A DNA stretch of 64,000 nt from an uncultured Chitinophaga sp. (GTDB lineage: Bacteria > Bacteroidota > Bacteroidia > NS11-12g > UBA9320). This document shows, one piece after another, positions 47,349 through 57,125 of this stretch. Positions within the stretch are counted from its first letter, which is position 1, and each line of letters starts with the position of its first letter. Made by a program: the position numbers and the translations under genes. Below the pieces are notes generated by a model that saw only the letters and a list, made by a program, of their open reading frames with translations, had not been told where the DNA came from and did no database searches. Where the stretch lies: positions 10,565 to 74,564 of the forward strand of contig CAYHCM010000002.1 in NCBI GenBank assembly GCA_964355045.1, written 5' to 3'.

Positions 47349-48242
47349 GGGAAAGCTTCGCTTGGAGCGAAGCCTTCCCTCAAAACCTTCCCTTTCCAAA
47401 ATGAAAACAAATATAAAACCCATGCAACCAGATGCCTTTTACCATGTTTATAATCGTGGAATCAATGGTGAGGATATTTTTAAAGAAGAACGCAACTACC
47501 CTTATTTTCTTCAAAAGTATGCTCTATTTTTAGACGGAGTTGCCGACACATATGCCTATTGTTTACTTAAAAACCATTTTTATCTTTTGATACAGACACG
47601 TTCAGAATAGGAAATTAGAGAGAGATTAAGGGGAAAGGGAATTTCAAAAAAGGAAGGCTTCGCTGTTTCCCCAAAGGAAGGCTTCGCTCCAAGCGAAGCC
47701 TTCCTTGCCCCACCAAGCGAAGCCTTCCTTAACCCATCAAGCGAAGCCTTCCTTAACCCACCAAGCGAAGCCTTCCTTAAAAAAACAAAACAGGATAAAC
47801 CAATATCCTGGATAATTGGGAATGCCTTTTCAAGTCTTTTCAAAAGTTATGCCCAATCCATCAATATATCCTTTGACCGAGCAGGTGGTCTTTTTGAAGA
47901 ACCATTTCGAAGAATTTTGGTAAATAGCGATTCCTACTTTACAGAATTGATATATTATATCCATCACAATCCACAAAGGCATGGTTTTGTAAAAGATTTC
48001 AGAGATTACCCTCATTCTTCTTATCATACTTTATTACATACTGCTCCAACCATATTGAAAAGAAATGAAGTATTAAATTGGTTTGGTGGTAAAAATGAAT
48101 TTGAAAAATTTCATTTAGAAAATCATATAATGGGAAATTTAGATAAATTTGAAATTGAGTTTGACTGAGGAGGTTGGTCAAAGGAAGGCTTCGCTCAAAG
48201 CGAAGCCTTCCTTAATGAACAAAGCGAAGTCTTCCTTTGAAA
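47349..48242 (+). mobile_element. REP/RAYT locus. It runs: REP hairpin (47349-47379); RAYT N-terminal half (47401-47610); an array of 24-bp REP-like repeats CCCACCAAGCGAAGCCTTCCTTAA plus hairpin (47635-47775); RAYT C-terminal half (47802-48168, a different frame); then REP hairpins (48184-48242).
   Basis: REP core GGAAGGCTTCGC/GCGAAGCCTTCC stems read directly. The N-terminal half 'AFYHVYNRGINGEDIF…YAYCLLKNHFYLLIQT' and the C-terminal half 'GNAFSSLFKSYAQSI…AGGLFEEPFRRILVNSDSYFTELIYYIHHNPQRHGFVKDF…HSSYH' are the Y1 HuH (TnpA_REP) motifs. Confidence 0.7.
47401..48168 (+). pseudogene. REP-associated tyrosine transposase (RAYT) gene, split by ~190 bp of REP repeats and a frame change; its HuH motif is altered to H-F-Y.
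   Basis: In-frame stop after 'LLIQTRSE' at 47610; the C-terminal half resumes in another frame at ~47802. Confidence 0.6.
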
Positions 48243-48268
48243 ATAAAAAAAACTATCTTTGCCGCCGA

Positions 48269-49912
48269 ATGCACCTTTTTAATAAGCACAAAGAATTAAT
48301 ATACGAAGCCGTTGAATCGCTTGCCAGTCGCAGTTTTCATACTGTTTATTATGATAATCCCAAAGAATATTCAGAACAGGAAAGTGGAGACGGTTTAGCC
48401 GCGTTTCAAGCAAGATTTAATACAAATTTTAACGATTTAAATGTTAAGAGTGATGAATGGGTGGGTGAAGAAGTTTCGCCTTATCTCCAAACAGGCCTTG
48501 GAATCCGCTATCCGTATTTACCTTTAGCATCGTTAATAGCCAATGCACATGAAGGCTGGAAATCATGGCGTCATATTGAAATGGATGAACGGGCAGGTAT
48601 TTTAACTGAAGCCCTCGAAAGGATTAAACTCCGTTTTTTTGAATTGGCTCATGCCGGCATGCACACCACAGGCCAGGGATTTATGATGGCTTTTCAAGCC
48701 ACCGGTCCGCATGCCTGCGACAGGGCATTGGAAGCCATAGCTGTTGGTTTTGATGAAATGAAACGTTTTCCGGAACAGGTGAAATGGGAAAAATGGGTTG
48801 GTTCAAAAGCAATTCCGGTTCGTAAAACATGGAAAGCAATTCCCAAAGGAATAAGTTTAGTTATAGGTTGTTCTACATTTCCAACCTGGAACAGTATGCC
48901 CGGCATTTTTGCGAGCCTGATTACAGGAAATCCTGTTATTGTTAAACCTCATCCCAAGTCGGTTCTTCCAATAGCCATAGTGGTAGCCGAAATACGAAAT
49001 TTATTAAAAGAATCAGGATTGAGAATGGATGCAATTCAATTAGCACCTGATACAACCGCTCATCCCTTAACAAAAAAATTGGCCGAACACCCTAATGTCA
49101 AATTAATAGACTATACGGGAAACAGCAAATTTGGAAATTATTTAGAAGCATTACTGAAGGTTACATTTACCGAAAAATCGGCCATTAATCCGGTTATTAT
49201 TGACTCAACCAATGATATAGAATCACTGGTAAACAATCTTGCATTCAGCATTTCATTATATTCAAGGCAGATGTGTACTGCGCCTCAAAATATTTATATA
49301 CCAGCTTCAGGAATTAAAATAACCGGAGGAACAGTAACATTTGAAGATTTTTGCGACCGGCTTAATGAAGCCATTAATAATTTATTAAATGCCAAATGGG
49401 GACCTTCAACTCTGGGATGTGTGCAAAATGATAACACATTGAAAATGGTAAAAGAGGTTTCAATGTCTTTAGGAACAACCTTAAATGAAGGCAAACCCTT
49501 TAAAATGCCTGAGTTTGAAAATGCCCGAACCCAGTCTATCAGAATATTGGCTGTGGATAGTGGCAAACAGGAAATATTTCAGCGCGAAATATTTGGACCC
49601 ATGGTATTTGTAATAAAAACAGAAAATACGGCGAAAAGCATTGAATTGGCTTTACGGGGCGCCGAACAATCGGGGGCAATAACCTGTTTGGTTCATAGCA
49701 CTGATTTTATGTTGAACAAGGAAATTGAAGAACAGTTTAATAACGCTTTTATTCCTGTATCATTCAATTTTGCAGGTCAGGTTTATGTTAATCAGCATGC
49801 CGCTTTTTCTGATTTGCACGGGTCGGGAGGAAATGCCTCAGGCAATGCTTCGTTTGTTGATCCCGGTTTTATTACACGGCGATTTGTTTGGATAGGCAAC
49901 CGTTATATGTAA
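48269..49912 (+). CDS. Aldehyde-dehydrogenase-family protein, PaaN-like. The ORF-track start at 48149 is an artefact that translates REP repeats; the likely start is 'MHLFNKHKELIYEAV…'.
   Basis: ~550-aa ALDH-superfamily architecture with catalytic-Cys region '…YSRQMCTAPQNIYIP…' and N-terminus resembling PaaN-type ring-opening aldehyde dehydrogenases; assignment to PaaN specifically is tentative. Confidence 0.55.
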   Translation: MHLFNKHKELIYEAVESLASRSFHTVYYDNPKEYSEQESGDGLAAFQARFNTNFNDLNVKSDEWVGEEVSPYLQTGLGIRYPYLPLASLIANAHEGWKSWRHIEMDERAGILTEALERIKLRFFELAHAGMHTTGQGFMMAFQATGPHACDRALEAIAVGFDEMKRFPEQVKWEKWVGSKAIPVRKTWKAIPKGISLVIGCSTFPTWNSMPGIFASLITGNPVIVKPHPKSVLPIAIVVAEIRNLLKESGLRMDAIQLAPDTTAHPLTKKLAEHPNVKLIDYTGNSKFGNYLEALLKVTFTEKSAINPVIIDSTNDIESLVNNLAFSISLYSRQMCTAPQNIYIPASGIKITGGTVTFEDFCDRLNEAINNLLNAKWGPSTLGCVQNDNTLKMVKEVSMSLGTTLNEGKPFKMPEFENARTQSIRILAVDSGKQEIFQREIFGPMVFVIKTENTAKSIELALRGAEQSGAITCLVHSTDFMLNKEIEEQFNNAFIPVSFNFAGQVYVNQHAAFSDLHGSGGNASGNASFVDPGFITRRFVWIGNRYM

Positions 49913-49918
49913 TCTTTT

Positions 49919-50686
49919 TTGGCACACTCGGTTTCACATAATCTTTTTATAGAACTTAATGGCACGGATTTAACGATTGCCACGGTAAAAAAAGATGGAT
50001 TGGTTGTTGACTTACAGTTTTTTCCAAAAGTTGATAAGTCTGCGCTTGATATTATTTTGACTGAGTTGCCTGAAATATATTCAGATATTACGCTGTTAAT
50101 TCGGAACAAAAATTTTATCACAATCCCCGAAAGTTTTTATGCATCAGATATATCAGAAATTTATAAACTGAGTTATAATCTGCCCGAAAATGACAGCGTA
50201 TGGTTAGATAAATCAGAGTATAACATAGGAATTGCATATAGTGTCGAAATCAGTCTTGCCGATTCAATGGCCGTTAAATTTTCAAGACTAAAAATAAAAC
50301 ATGAAGCAACTGTAATTCTTTCCAAACTCTTTAGGGAAGTGAATTTTAAACAATCCCGAATTTTAATATCTATTAACAACGGCAACCTTATCATTTATGC
50401 AATAAACGAAGGCAAACTGGTATTATGCAACCTTTATAGTACAAAAGCCAACGATGATATTTTTTACTTTGTAATGCTTGCTATTGAGCAATTGCATTTT
50501 TTGCCGGGTGAAACAGAATTGGTAATATTAGGCGAGCCTCCAAACAGAAATGAATTATTTGAGTTGTTCAAAAATTATATAAATGAAATAAACATATGGT
50601 TGGAAGATTATCAAACCGACCCTGATTTAAAAAACGCATCGGTTCTGTCGCATTCTTTTGCCCTACAAACCCTGATATGCGAATAA
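49919..50686 (+). CDS. DUF3822-family protein, the conserved upstream partner of rsmD in Bacteroidetes.
   Basis: Size and position (overlaps the rsmD start by 10 nt); family assignment from memory of the DUF3822-rsmD gene pair, not from a motif. Confidence 0.45.
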   Translation: MAHSVSHNLFIELNGTDLTIATVKKDGLVVDLQFFPKVDKSALDIILTELPEIYSDITLLIRNKNFITIPESFYASDISEIYKLSYNLPENDSVWLDKSEYNIGIAYSVEISLADSMAVKFSRLKIKHEATVILSKLFREVNFKQSRILISINNGNLIIYAINEGKLVLCNLYSTKANDDIFYFVMLAIEQLHFLPGETELVILGEPPNRNELFELFKNYINEINIWLEDYQTDPDLKNASVLSHSFALQTLICE

Positions 50687-51210
50687 TCGGAGGTCAATAC
50701 AAAGGTTTCCGTTTTGAACCACCGGCCAAATTAAGTGCACGACCAACCACCGACCGGGCTAAGGAATCATTACTAAATATTTTATTATCAAATTATGGAA
50801 TTGAAAATAAAAATTGTCTAGATCTGTTTAGCGGTACGGGAAACATTGCATACGAAATGGCTTCACACGGGGCCTTATCAGTAACGGCGCTCGACCTTAA
50901 TTTTAACTCTGCAGAATTCATAAAAAAGACTTTTGATACCCTTGGATTCAAAAATTTTAAAGTTATAAAATCAGATGTGTTTAAATGGCTAAAACAAAAC
51001 CAAACTTCACATTACGAGTTAATATTTGCGGACCCGCCTTATGATCATATAGCTATGCGCCAATTACCTGAACTGATTTTTAACACAGATTTATTAAGCC
51101 CTGAAGGAATATTAATTATTGAACACCGCACGTCCTTTACCTTTCAAAATACAGAGCTGAAATATCACAGGGATTATGGTCAATCACGATTTTCTTTTTT
51201 TAGTAAATAA
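50677..51210 (+). CDS. rsmD: 16S rRNA (guanine966-N2)-methyltransferase.
   Basis: 'RIIGGQYKG…L…RPTTDRAKESLLNIL…DLFSGTGNIAYE…IFADPPY' RsmD motifs. Confidence 0.85.
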   Translation: MRIIGGQYKGFRFEPPAKLSARPTTDRAKESLLNILLSNYGIENKNCLDLFSGTGNIAYEMASHGALSVTALDLNFNSAEFIKKTFDTLGFKNFKVIKSDVFKWLKQNQTSHYELIFADPPYDHIAMRQLPELIFNTDLLSPEGILIIEHRTSFTFQNTELKYHRDYGQSRFSFFSK

Positions 51211-51355
51211 AAATTGCAAAGCCTATTTTTGTCGTACAATTTTGCCACTAAAACACCAAAGCACAAAGTCCCACTAAATTTAGTTTTTTATTTTTTTGTG
51301 AAATTTAGTGTCTTCGTGTTTTTGTGGCAACTACCAAAAAAAACAGCGATTAAAT

Positions 51356-51769
51356 ATGAAAAGAAATGCAACAGCCGTATGGCAAGGAAGTGGAAAAGAA
51401 GGCAGCGGACACCTGACCACACAAAGTACCGTATTGAACAAAACCCAATATTCATTCATCAGCCGGTTTGCTGATGGAATAGGGACCAATCCGGAAGAAT
51501 TGGTAGCTGCAGCGCATGCCGGGTGTTTTACAATGAAGCTGAGTTTTGTTTTGGGCGGGGCAGGATATACCCCTGAAAATTTGGAAACCAAATGCACCAT
51601 TACTCTGGAAGAAGGAAAAATAACAGGCTCTCATCTGGTTTTAAATGCCAAAGTAGAAGGAATTACGGAAGAGAAATTTGCTGAATTATTGAAAGATGCC
51701 GAAGACAATTGTTTAATTTCAAATTTGCTCAACACCAGAATTACGGTAGAATACACCCTTAATTCTTAA
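51356..51769 (+). CDS. OsmC-family peroxiredoxin-like protein.
   Basis: 'AVWQGSGKEGSGHLTTQS…AAAHAGCFTM…' with the two conserved Cys-region motifs of OsmC/Ohr; the ORF-track GTG start at 51308 is probably too far upstream. Confidence 0.7.
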   Translation: MKRNATAVWQGSGKEGSGHLTTQSTVLNKTQYSFISRFADGIGTNPEELVAAAHAGCFTMKLSFVLGGAGYTPENLETKCTITLEEGKITGSHLVLNAKVEGITEEKFAELLKDAEDNCLISNLLNTRITVEYTLNS

Positions 51770-51793
51770 AAATATTTTTAAACTTTTTAAATC

Positions 51794-52231
51794 ATGCCAA
51801 CTGAGGCTATCCAGCGGTTAGAATTTTTATGTAATATCCTTCCTCCCCTTCTCAATAAATTAGAAGAGAAAGATTTTTCATTTAAACCAAACCCTGAAAA
51901 ATGGAGTAAAAAAGAAATCCTTGGCCACCTTATTGATAGTGCTACGAATAATCATCAACGATTTATCAGGGCGCAGTTTCAGGAAGTTCCAACAATAGTG
52001 TATGACCAAAATAATTGGAATAAATACAGCCATTACTCTAATATGGATTCAAAACACGTTATATCGTTTTGGGAAATTTATAACCGGCATTTACTGAAAA
52101 TTGTGAAAGCAATTCCTTCAGAAAACCTTGAAAGAGAATGTCAAACAGAAAGCCGGGTAACTTTAGAGTGGCTGATTGACGATTATGTAAAGCATTTGGA
52201 ACATCATTTAAGGCAGATTTTGGATTATTAA
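51794..52231 (+). CDS. DinB/YfiT-like (DinB_2) family protein.
   Basis: 'WSKKEILGHLIDSATNNHQRFIRA' and C-terminal 'HLEHHLRQI' His-rich motifs typical of the DinB_2 four-helix bundle. Confidence 0.65.
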   Translation: MPTEAIQRLEFLCNILPPLLNKLEEKDFSFKPNPEKWSKKEILGHLIDSATNNHQRFIRAQFQEVPTIVYDQNNWNKYSHYSNMDSKHVISFWEIYNRHLLKIVKAIPSENLERECQTESRVTLEWLIDDYVKHLEHHLRQILDY

Positions 52232-52271
52232 CCAAACTACTGAAACTGATAAGGCTTAAAAAATTTAATCC

Positions 52272-52838
52272 TTAAAAATCTTCCGCCAAAGCAATAAAAT
52301 TATAATTACCTTCACCTACAAATTTTTTCAAATGGGCAATTATTAGTTTTGGATTATCGTTAGGGCCTTGGCAATACAACGGTTTACCTTGATACCCAAA
52401 CTCGATCTCATCTATGCCCTCATCAATCAATGATACGTCCAATACATTTTCGGCAAATGCAAAATCTTTGTGGGGTTCAAAACCAAATTCAGCAGCATAA
52501 TCAATAGCACCGTAAATTAAATTATGGGCAAATGTAGGTGAAACCTGCATAGCTCCTGATTCATATGAATTTTTAAGTCTGTCATATTCTTCATCGCGCA
52601 AATGACAATTACAAAAGGCATTTTTCACTCCAAGACAATTCAAATCCACACAAAAAAAACCAATTGTGTATTTGCCACCGGATTCCTGGCGCACTATTAA
52701 AACATTTGTCATTCCCAATGTTTTATAATTTGTTTCAATGTAACATTCAGTTATTGGGAGGTTTTTGGCTCTTTGTAAAATGTAATTTCGGGGGCTTAAA
52801 AATTCTTGTTTGTTTTTCAAAATATATGTTTGATGCAA
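52272..52838 (-). CDS. Hypothetical protein (188 aa), Cys-containing; no recognised domain.
   Basis: ORF only. Confidence 0.4.
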   Translation of the reverse strand: MHQTYILKNKQEFLSPRNYILQRAKNLPITECYIETNYKTLGMTNVLIVRQESGGKYTIGFFCVDLNCLGVKNAFCNCHLRDEEYDRLKNSYESGAMQVSPTFAHNLIYGAIDYAAEFGFEPHKDFAFAENVLDVSLIDEGIDEIEFGYQGKPLYCQGPNDNPKLIIAHLKKFVGEGNYNFIALAEDF

Positions 52839-53107
52839 TTTTAAAGATTTATTTTTACTCTTTATTTAAAGTTTGTTAACAAAAAATTAATAGTCTAAAG
52901 TGATAAAATAATAGCCAGTGTAAGAATAGTTAAACCAGATTATTATGTGAAAACAGAGTTGCCATATGTTAATAAAATGAATATAACTGTACCAGAGATG
53001 GTAAAAAATAGCATATCCTTTTATTTAGTTTTGAGCCATGGTATTTCTAACGTAGATGGAACTGCTTACTTGCATTTTAAACCTAAAATTTTAAAATAAA
53101 AAATTGT

Positions 53108-53494
53108 ATGTGGGTACATTCTCCGACACCAATAAAATTAGGTAAATACGAAAAGGATAAGGTACTTGCTATTGCAAAAAAGTTCATTGACGCTTCAGAC
53201 CGGCTTTCTAAAATTGTCAATAGAATTGAAATACGTTCAGGGCGAGTTTATTTTTTTTATCTTTATGAGCCTTATATACCAAAAGAAAGTGATGGAGTTT
53301 ATTTTATTAAACCATTAATAGACGGGAAATATCTTGAATTTCCGCTGGCGAGGATTACACTTTTCGATAAAGGTTATTCGAATTGCAGTACTGATTGGAA
53401 ACGACCAAATGACCAATGGGTATCGCTATTTAATGGTACATTAGTTGAATGTTTTCAATTTGTTGAAGACAGAGAGGAATGGTTTTCAGCTTAG
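53108..53494 (+). CDS. Hypothetical protein (128 aa).
   Basis: ORF only; 270-bp AT-rich upstream spacer. Confidence 0.4.
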   Translation: MWVHSPTPIKLGKYEKDKVLAIAKKFIDASDRLSKIVNRIEIRSGRVYFFYLYEPYIPKESDGVYFIKPLIDGKYLEFPLARITLFDKGYSNCSTDWKRPNDQWVSLFNGTLVECFQFVEDREEWFSA

Positions 53495-53534
53495 AAAATG
53501 ACTTTTTAAAACCCTTAATTTATTCTAAAAAAAA

Positions 53535-54539
53535 ATGAAAAACAATTGCCCGATATGTTCGCAAAACAAAAGCCAACGTATATGCCATAGAAAAAACAAT
53601 GCACAAATTTGCTATTTCTGTTGCATTGATATGCGAAATGAAACTTGTGATGGGTGTAAATATTATAAAGACCCTGCAATAGCAGCCAAACAAAAGGAAG
53701 AGCTGGAAGAAAAACAAAAAGTTTTGAAAAATATGGCTCAACATATATTTCAAAAAAACAAGGCTAGAAAACATGCCAATCCAAAACATTTTACAATAAG
53801 AATAGATCCTGAAATAGATGAACAGGTAGATGAAGCCTTACAATTATCTGAGCGAGGGAAGTATTATCAGGCAGAACAAATGCTTTTGAAATTATTGAAG
53901 AATAATTATGACTTGGAATCTGTTCACTATGGTTTGGGTACAAACTATGCTTTGCAAAATAAAAATGAACCGGCACTATTTCATTTAAATAAAGCCGTTG
54001 AAATATTCCCCTACAATGTTGAAGCCTGGTTTAATAAAGCGATGATTCATAAGGATAAAATGGAAATTCCTGAATTAATTAAATCGTTCAGAAAGGTAGT
54101 AGAATATGGGGAAAGCAAAGATAAAATTGTAATGGATGCGAAATCTATTCTTAACGATTTGGCCAATAATTTACGTGGAGAAGATAATATATCCTTAGAC
54201 GATTTTATTGTTTTAGGTGAAAAATACAATGAAGCATTTAAATATATGGATCAAAAAAATTGGATTAAAGCGTTGGGATTATTTAATGAAGTGCTTAAAA
54301 TAAATTCAAAGCACAACCAATCGTATGGTAATATTGGACTTTGTTATGCCTTTATGGGTAACAATAAAAAAGCCATTGAAGCGCTGGATAAGTCCATAGA
54401 ATTGGATCCAAAATATGAAATAGCCATTAATAACAAAAAAATTGTAGAAGCGTTAAGTGATGGCGAAAAATTAAATTCACAACGCTATGCATCCATGGAT
54501 TATTATAAGGATTTAAATGAAAGGAAAAATAGCCACTAA
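53535..54539 (+). CDS. Protein with an N-terminal 8-Cys zinc-finger-like cluster followed by TPR repeats.
   Basis: 'CPICSQNKSQRICHRKNNAQICYFCCIDMRNETCDGCKYY', then TPR-like 34-mers (…AWFNKAMIHKDKMEIPELIKSFRKVVEY…, …SYGNIGLCYAFMGNNKKAIEALDKSIELDP…). Confidence 0.5.
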   Translation: MKNNCPICSQNKSQRICHRKNNAQICYFCCIDMRNETCDGCKYYKDPAIAAKQKEELEEKQKVLKNMAQHIFQKNKARKHANPKHFTIRIDPEIDEQVDEALQLSERGKYYQAEQMLLKLLKNNYDLESVHYGLGTNYALQNKNEPALFHLNKAVEIFPYNVEAWFNKAMIHKDKMEIPELIKSFRKVVEYGESKDKIVMDAKSILNDLANNLRGEDNISLDDFIVLGEKYNEAFKYMDQKNWIKALGLFNEVLKINSKHNQSYGNIGLCYAFMGNNKKAIEALDKSIELDPKYEIAINNKKIVEALSDGEKLNSQRYASMDYYKDLNERKNSH

Positions 54540-54547
54540 TATTATAT

Positions 54548-55069
54548 ATGAAACTTTCCGACCTCATAAGATCAAACACTTGGCTAAGTGTAGAATTTAC
54601 ATTTTCAGAAATATATCCCGACCAAAATAAAAATTTGGATGTTTACGGGGATATTTTTGAAAAGCTTAAATGGATGGAAATGGAAGAAAGTGACTTTACT
54701 ATTGAACTTAAACAATGTTATGATGATGAAACAATGGAAGAAGATTTTGTAGAAGTTTATGGACTAAAGCAGAATCCCTCAGAAGACGAAAAATGTGGAT
54801 ATGCCCTTGAATATTCTCCCTGGAATGAATGGCTTGGGATGACCGTATCGAATAAGGCTTTAACCGAATTTACGGAGTTTGAAATAATTGCCCATTGCCT
54901 TTATGAAATGACCTTTATGGGATTTGATGAAGAAACTATAAGGGAAGAAATGGATGAATTGAATAGAAGGATAGAAGAAATAGAAAATATGACCGAAGAA
55001 GAAAAGAAGGCTAATTTAAAATCGTCCGAAGATTTTTTGAAGGAATTGAGGGATGGATTGGAGGATTAA
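54548..55069 (+). CDS. Hypothetical, strongly acidic 173-aa protein.
   Basis: ORF 9 nt after the preceding gene; very high Glu/Asp content (…EEIENMTEEEKKANLKSSEDFLKELRDGLED). Confidence 0.45.
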   Translation: MKLSDLIRSNTWLSVEFTFSEIYPDQNKNLDVYGDIFEKLKWMEMEESDFTIELKQCYDDETMEEDFVEVYGLKQNPSEDEKCGYALEYSPWNEWLGMTVSNKALTEFTEFEIIAHCLYEMTFMGFDEETIREEMDELNRRIEEIENMTEEEKKANLKSSEDFLKELRDGLED

Positions 55070-55152
55070 TTTTAGCATTTTTTTAATTAAAAATCAAACC
55101 TGAACAGTTTAAAAAACTAAAACAGCAAGAAGGTGTTTTTTAAAACCAAAGT

Positions 55153-55851
55153 TTACATCTCCAATTTATACCCTACTCCTTTAATTGTTGTAATCAGCTT
55201 CTCGCCAATTTTTTCACGAATCTTTCGGATATGAACGTCAATCGTTCTGTCAACCACAAATACATCATCTCCCCATACTTCTGATAAAATATTTTCGCGT
55301 GTAAAAACTTTTCCCGGTTTTGTTGCCAAAAGAAATAAAAGGTCAAATTCTTTTTTGGGTAAAACCATTTTTTTGCCCTCAACAAATACGGAGTATGAGG
55401 AACGATCAATAATAAGTTCATTGACGGTAAGAACGGCTTGCTCATAATCCTGATTTTTACCCCGTTTTAAGATGGCTTTTATCCGGCTTAACAGTACCCG
55501 GGGTTTAACAGGTTTATTAATATAATCATCTGCTCCGGCTTCAAATCCGGCAATTTCCGAATATTCTTCGGAGCGGGCCGTTAAAAAAATAATAAATACA
55601 TTTTTGGTATCAGGCTGAGATTTTATCTGACGACATGCTTCTATGCCATCCATTACCGGCATCATCACATCCATCAAAATTAGATCAGGTTTAAAAGTTT
55701 TGGATTTGAGAAGAGCTTCACTCCCATTAGATGCTGAATCAACCAAATAACTTTCACGCTCTAATAAGTATTTTATAAATTCAATGATATCAGGTTCATC
55801 ATCTACTATAAGTATTCGTGCCGGCATATTCTTGTTTAAACTTTTCATCAA
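55153..55851 (-). CDS. OmpR/PhoB-family DNA-binding response regulator; the start is probably 'MPARILIVDDEP', ~55827.
   Basis: Receiver domain 'ILIVDDEPDI…DLILMDVMMPVMDG' plus a winged-helix C-terminus '…VDRTIDVHIRKIREKI…GVGYKL'. Confidence 0.8.
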   Translation of the reverse strand: MMKSLNKNMPARILIVDDEPDIIEFIKYLLERESYLVDSASNGSEALLKSKTFKPDLILMDVMMPVMDGIEACRQIKSQPDTKNVFIIFLTARSEEYSEIAGFEAGADDYINKPVKPRVLLSRIKAILKRGKNQDYEQAVLTVNELIIDRSSYSVFVEGKKMVLPKKEFDLLFLLATKPGKVFTRENILSEVWGDDVFVVDRTIDVHIRKIREKIGEKLITTIKGVGYKLEM

Positions 55852-55903
55852 AAATCGCCTTTGAAAATTACCTTTAGGTTAACATAATATTATGCCAATA
55901 TTA

Positions 55904-57034
55904 TTATAATAGCTCCGCAAGCTTAGCTTCTAAATCAGCTCCCCGAAGCCCTTTGGCTATAATACGACCATTTTTATCAAGCAATACAGTAAAGGGGATA
56001 GAGCCTACATGATATGTTTTTGCAGCTACATTTTGCCACCCTTGTAAATCACTTACATGTTTCCAAGTTAGGCCATCCTTTTGCACGGCCGCTTTCCATT
56101 TATTCATATCCTGATCCAAAGAAACCCCATAAATTTCAAAGCCTTTATCTTTAAATGTATTGTATACCCTCACTACATTAGGATTTTCCTGACGGCATGG
56201 CCCGCACCATGAAGCCCAAAAATCAATTAACACCACTTTTCCTCTAAGGGAAGATAATTTTACTTCCATGCCTTCAAAATTTAAGAGCGATATTTCGGGA
56301 GCAAGCCCGCCTACTTCCAAAGGAGCAATAGATTCAATGGTAAGCTTAAGCTCAGATGTATATTTGGAGGCAGGCATCTTTATTTTCATTTTATCATAGG
56401 CAATTTGCATTAAACTGATAACAGGTTCCTCAAACAAAAAGGTAACAGCATAGTATGAAGCCGGACTTCCTTCGTGCTCTTTCAAAAATTTACCAATAGC
56501 ATCGGTTCTTTCCTTTTGCATATTTTGAAACGTTATTCCAACAGCCGTTCTTAGGCTATCTGTTACTTTTGTTGGGTCTATTTCTGATATTTCCTTATTG
56601 AAATCTTGTAAATTTTTATCATGATTAAGGTAAATGTTGAATAACTCATTCATTAGCAAATTGTGCTTATCTCCTTCGACAGTATAGTTTAGCCACATTT
56701 TATTTTTAATAGCTAAAGTTAGTTTTGTATTTTTTCCTAACACTAAAGGAATTCCCGGAGGATTGGGTGAATCAAAGGTGATAAAACACAGAGTAGGTTC
56801 TGAAAAAGCAGAACTCTGAAACGTGAAATTTCCCTTTTCATCCACCTTTGCACTATCTATAAATACAATTTGAGTTTTAGTAAGCTCGTGTAAAAACACA
56901 GTTCTCACAGGATTACCTTCAATATTCCCTTTAACAAGAGCTGAATTTGTTGTCTGGCTGTCGGCATCTTTGTTAGCGCATGAAATTACAAGCACGTTAA
57001 ATAAAATGAATACCAGCAAAAAAGTGTTTTTCAT
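55904..57034 (-). CDS. TlpA/ResA-like thiol-disulfide oxidoreductase lipoprotein with an N-terminal DUF4369-like domain.
   Basis: Lipobox 'VISC'; thioredoxin motif 'LIDFWASWCGPCRQENP'. Confidence 0.75.
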   Translation of the reverse strand: MKNTFLLVFILFNVLVISCANKDADSQTTNSALVKGNIEGNPVRTVFLHELTKTQIVFIDSAKVDEKGNFTFQSSAFSEPTLCFITFDSPNPPGIPLVLGKNTKLTLAIKNKMWLNYTVEGDKHNLLMNELFNIYLNHDKNLQDFNKEISEIDPTKVTDSLRTAVGITFQNMQKERTDAIGKFLKEHEGSPASYYAVTFLFEEPVISLMQIAYDKMKIKMPASKYTSELKLTIESIAPLEVGGLAPEISLLNFEGMEVKLSSLRGKVVLIDFWASWCGPCRQENPNVVRVYNTFKDKGFEIYGVSLDQDMNKWKAAVQKDGLTWKHVSDLQGWQNVAAKTYHVGSIPFTVLLDKNGRIIAKGLRGADLEAKLAELL

Positions 57035-57055
57035 ATGTAATTTATGTTTATTTTT

Positions 57056-57125
57056 TTTAGGTCATATGGAATACCCATATTTCATTCGCGGTTGGTTTGA
57101 AATCTTCTAATGGGTATTTCATATG
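57056..57125. repeat. Second copy of the MITE-like element: AGGTCATATGGAATACCCAT … CTAATGGGTATTTCATATGAT, a 17-20-bp inverted repeat with a 39-bp spacer.
   Basis: Read directly; homologous to 6229-6339. Confidence 0.55.

Noticed and set aside
47580-47843. Minus-strand ORF translating to 'RKASLGGLRKASLDGLRKASLGG…'.
   Set aside because: It is a frame through the tandem REP array (GCGAAGCCTTCC repeats); a low-complexity artefact.
48149-48268. N-terminal 40 residues of the ORF-track aldehyde-dehydrogenase ORF (MKLSLTEEVGQRKASLKAKPS…).
   Set aside because: It is a translation of the REP hairpins downstream of the RAYT; the conserved protein begins at the internal Met at 48269.
49919-49945. TGGCAC-like sequence (TTGGCACACTCGGTTTCACA) as a sigma-54 promoter candidate for the NtrC-like regulon.
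   Set aside because: The spacing and -12 element (GC at the correct distance) do not fit TGGCAC-N5-TTGCW, and it lies inside the DUF3822 coding start.
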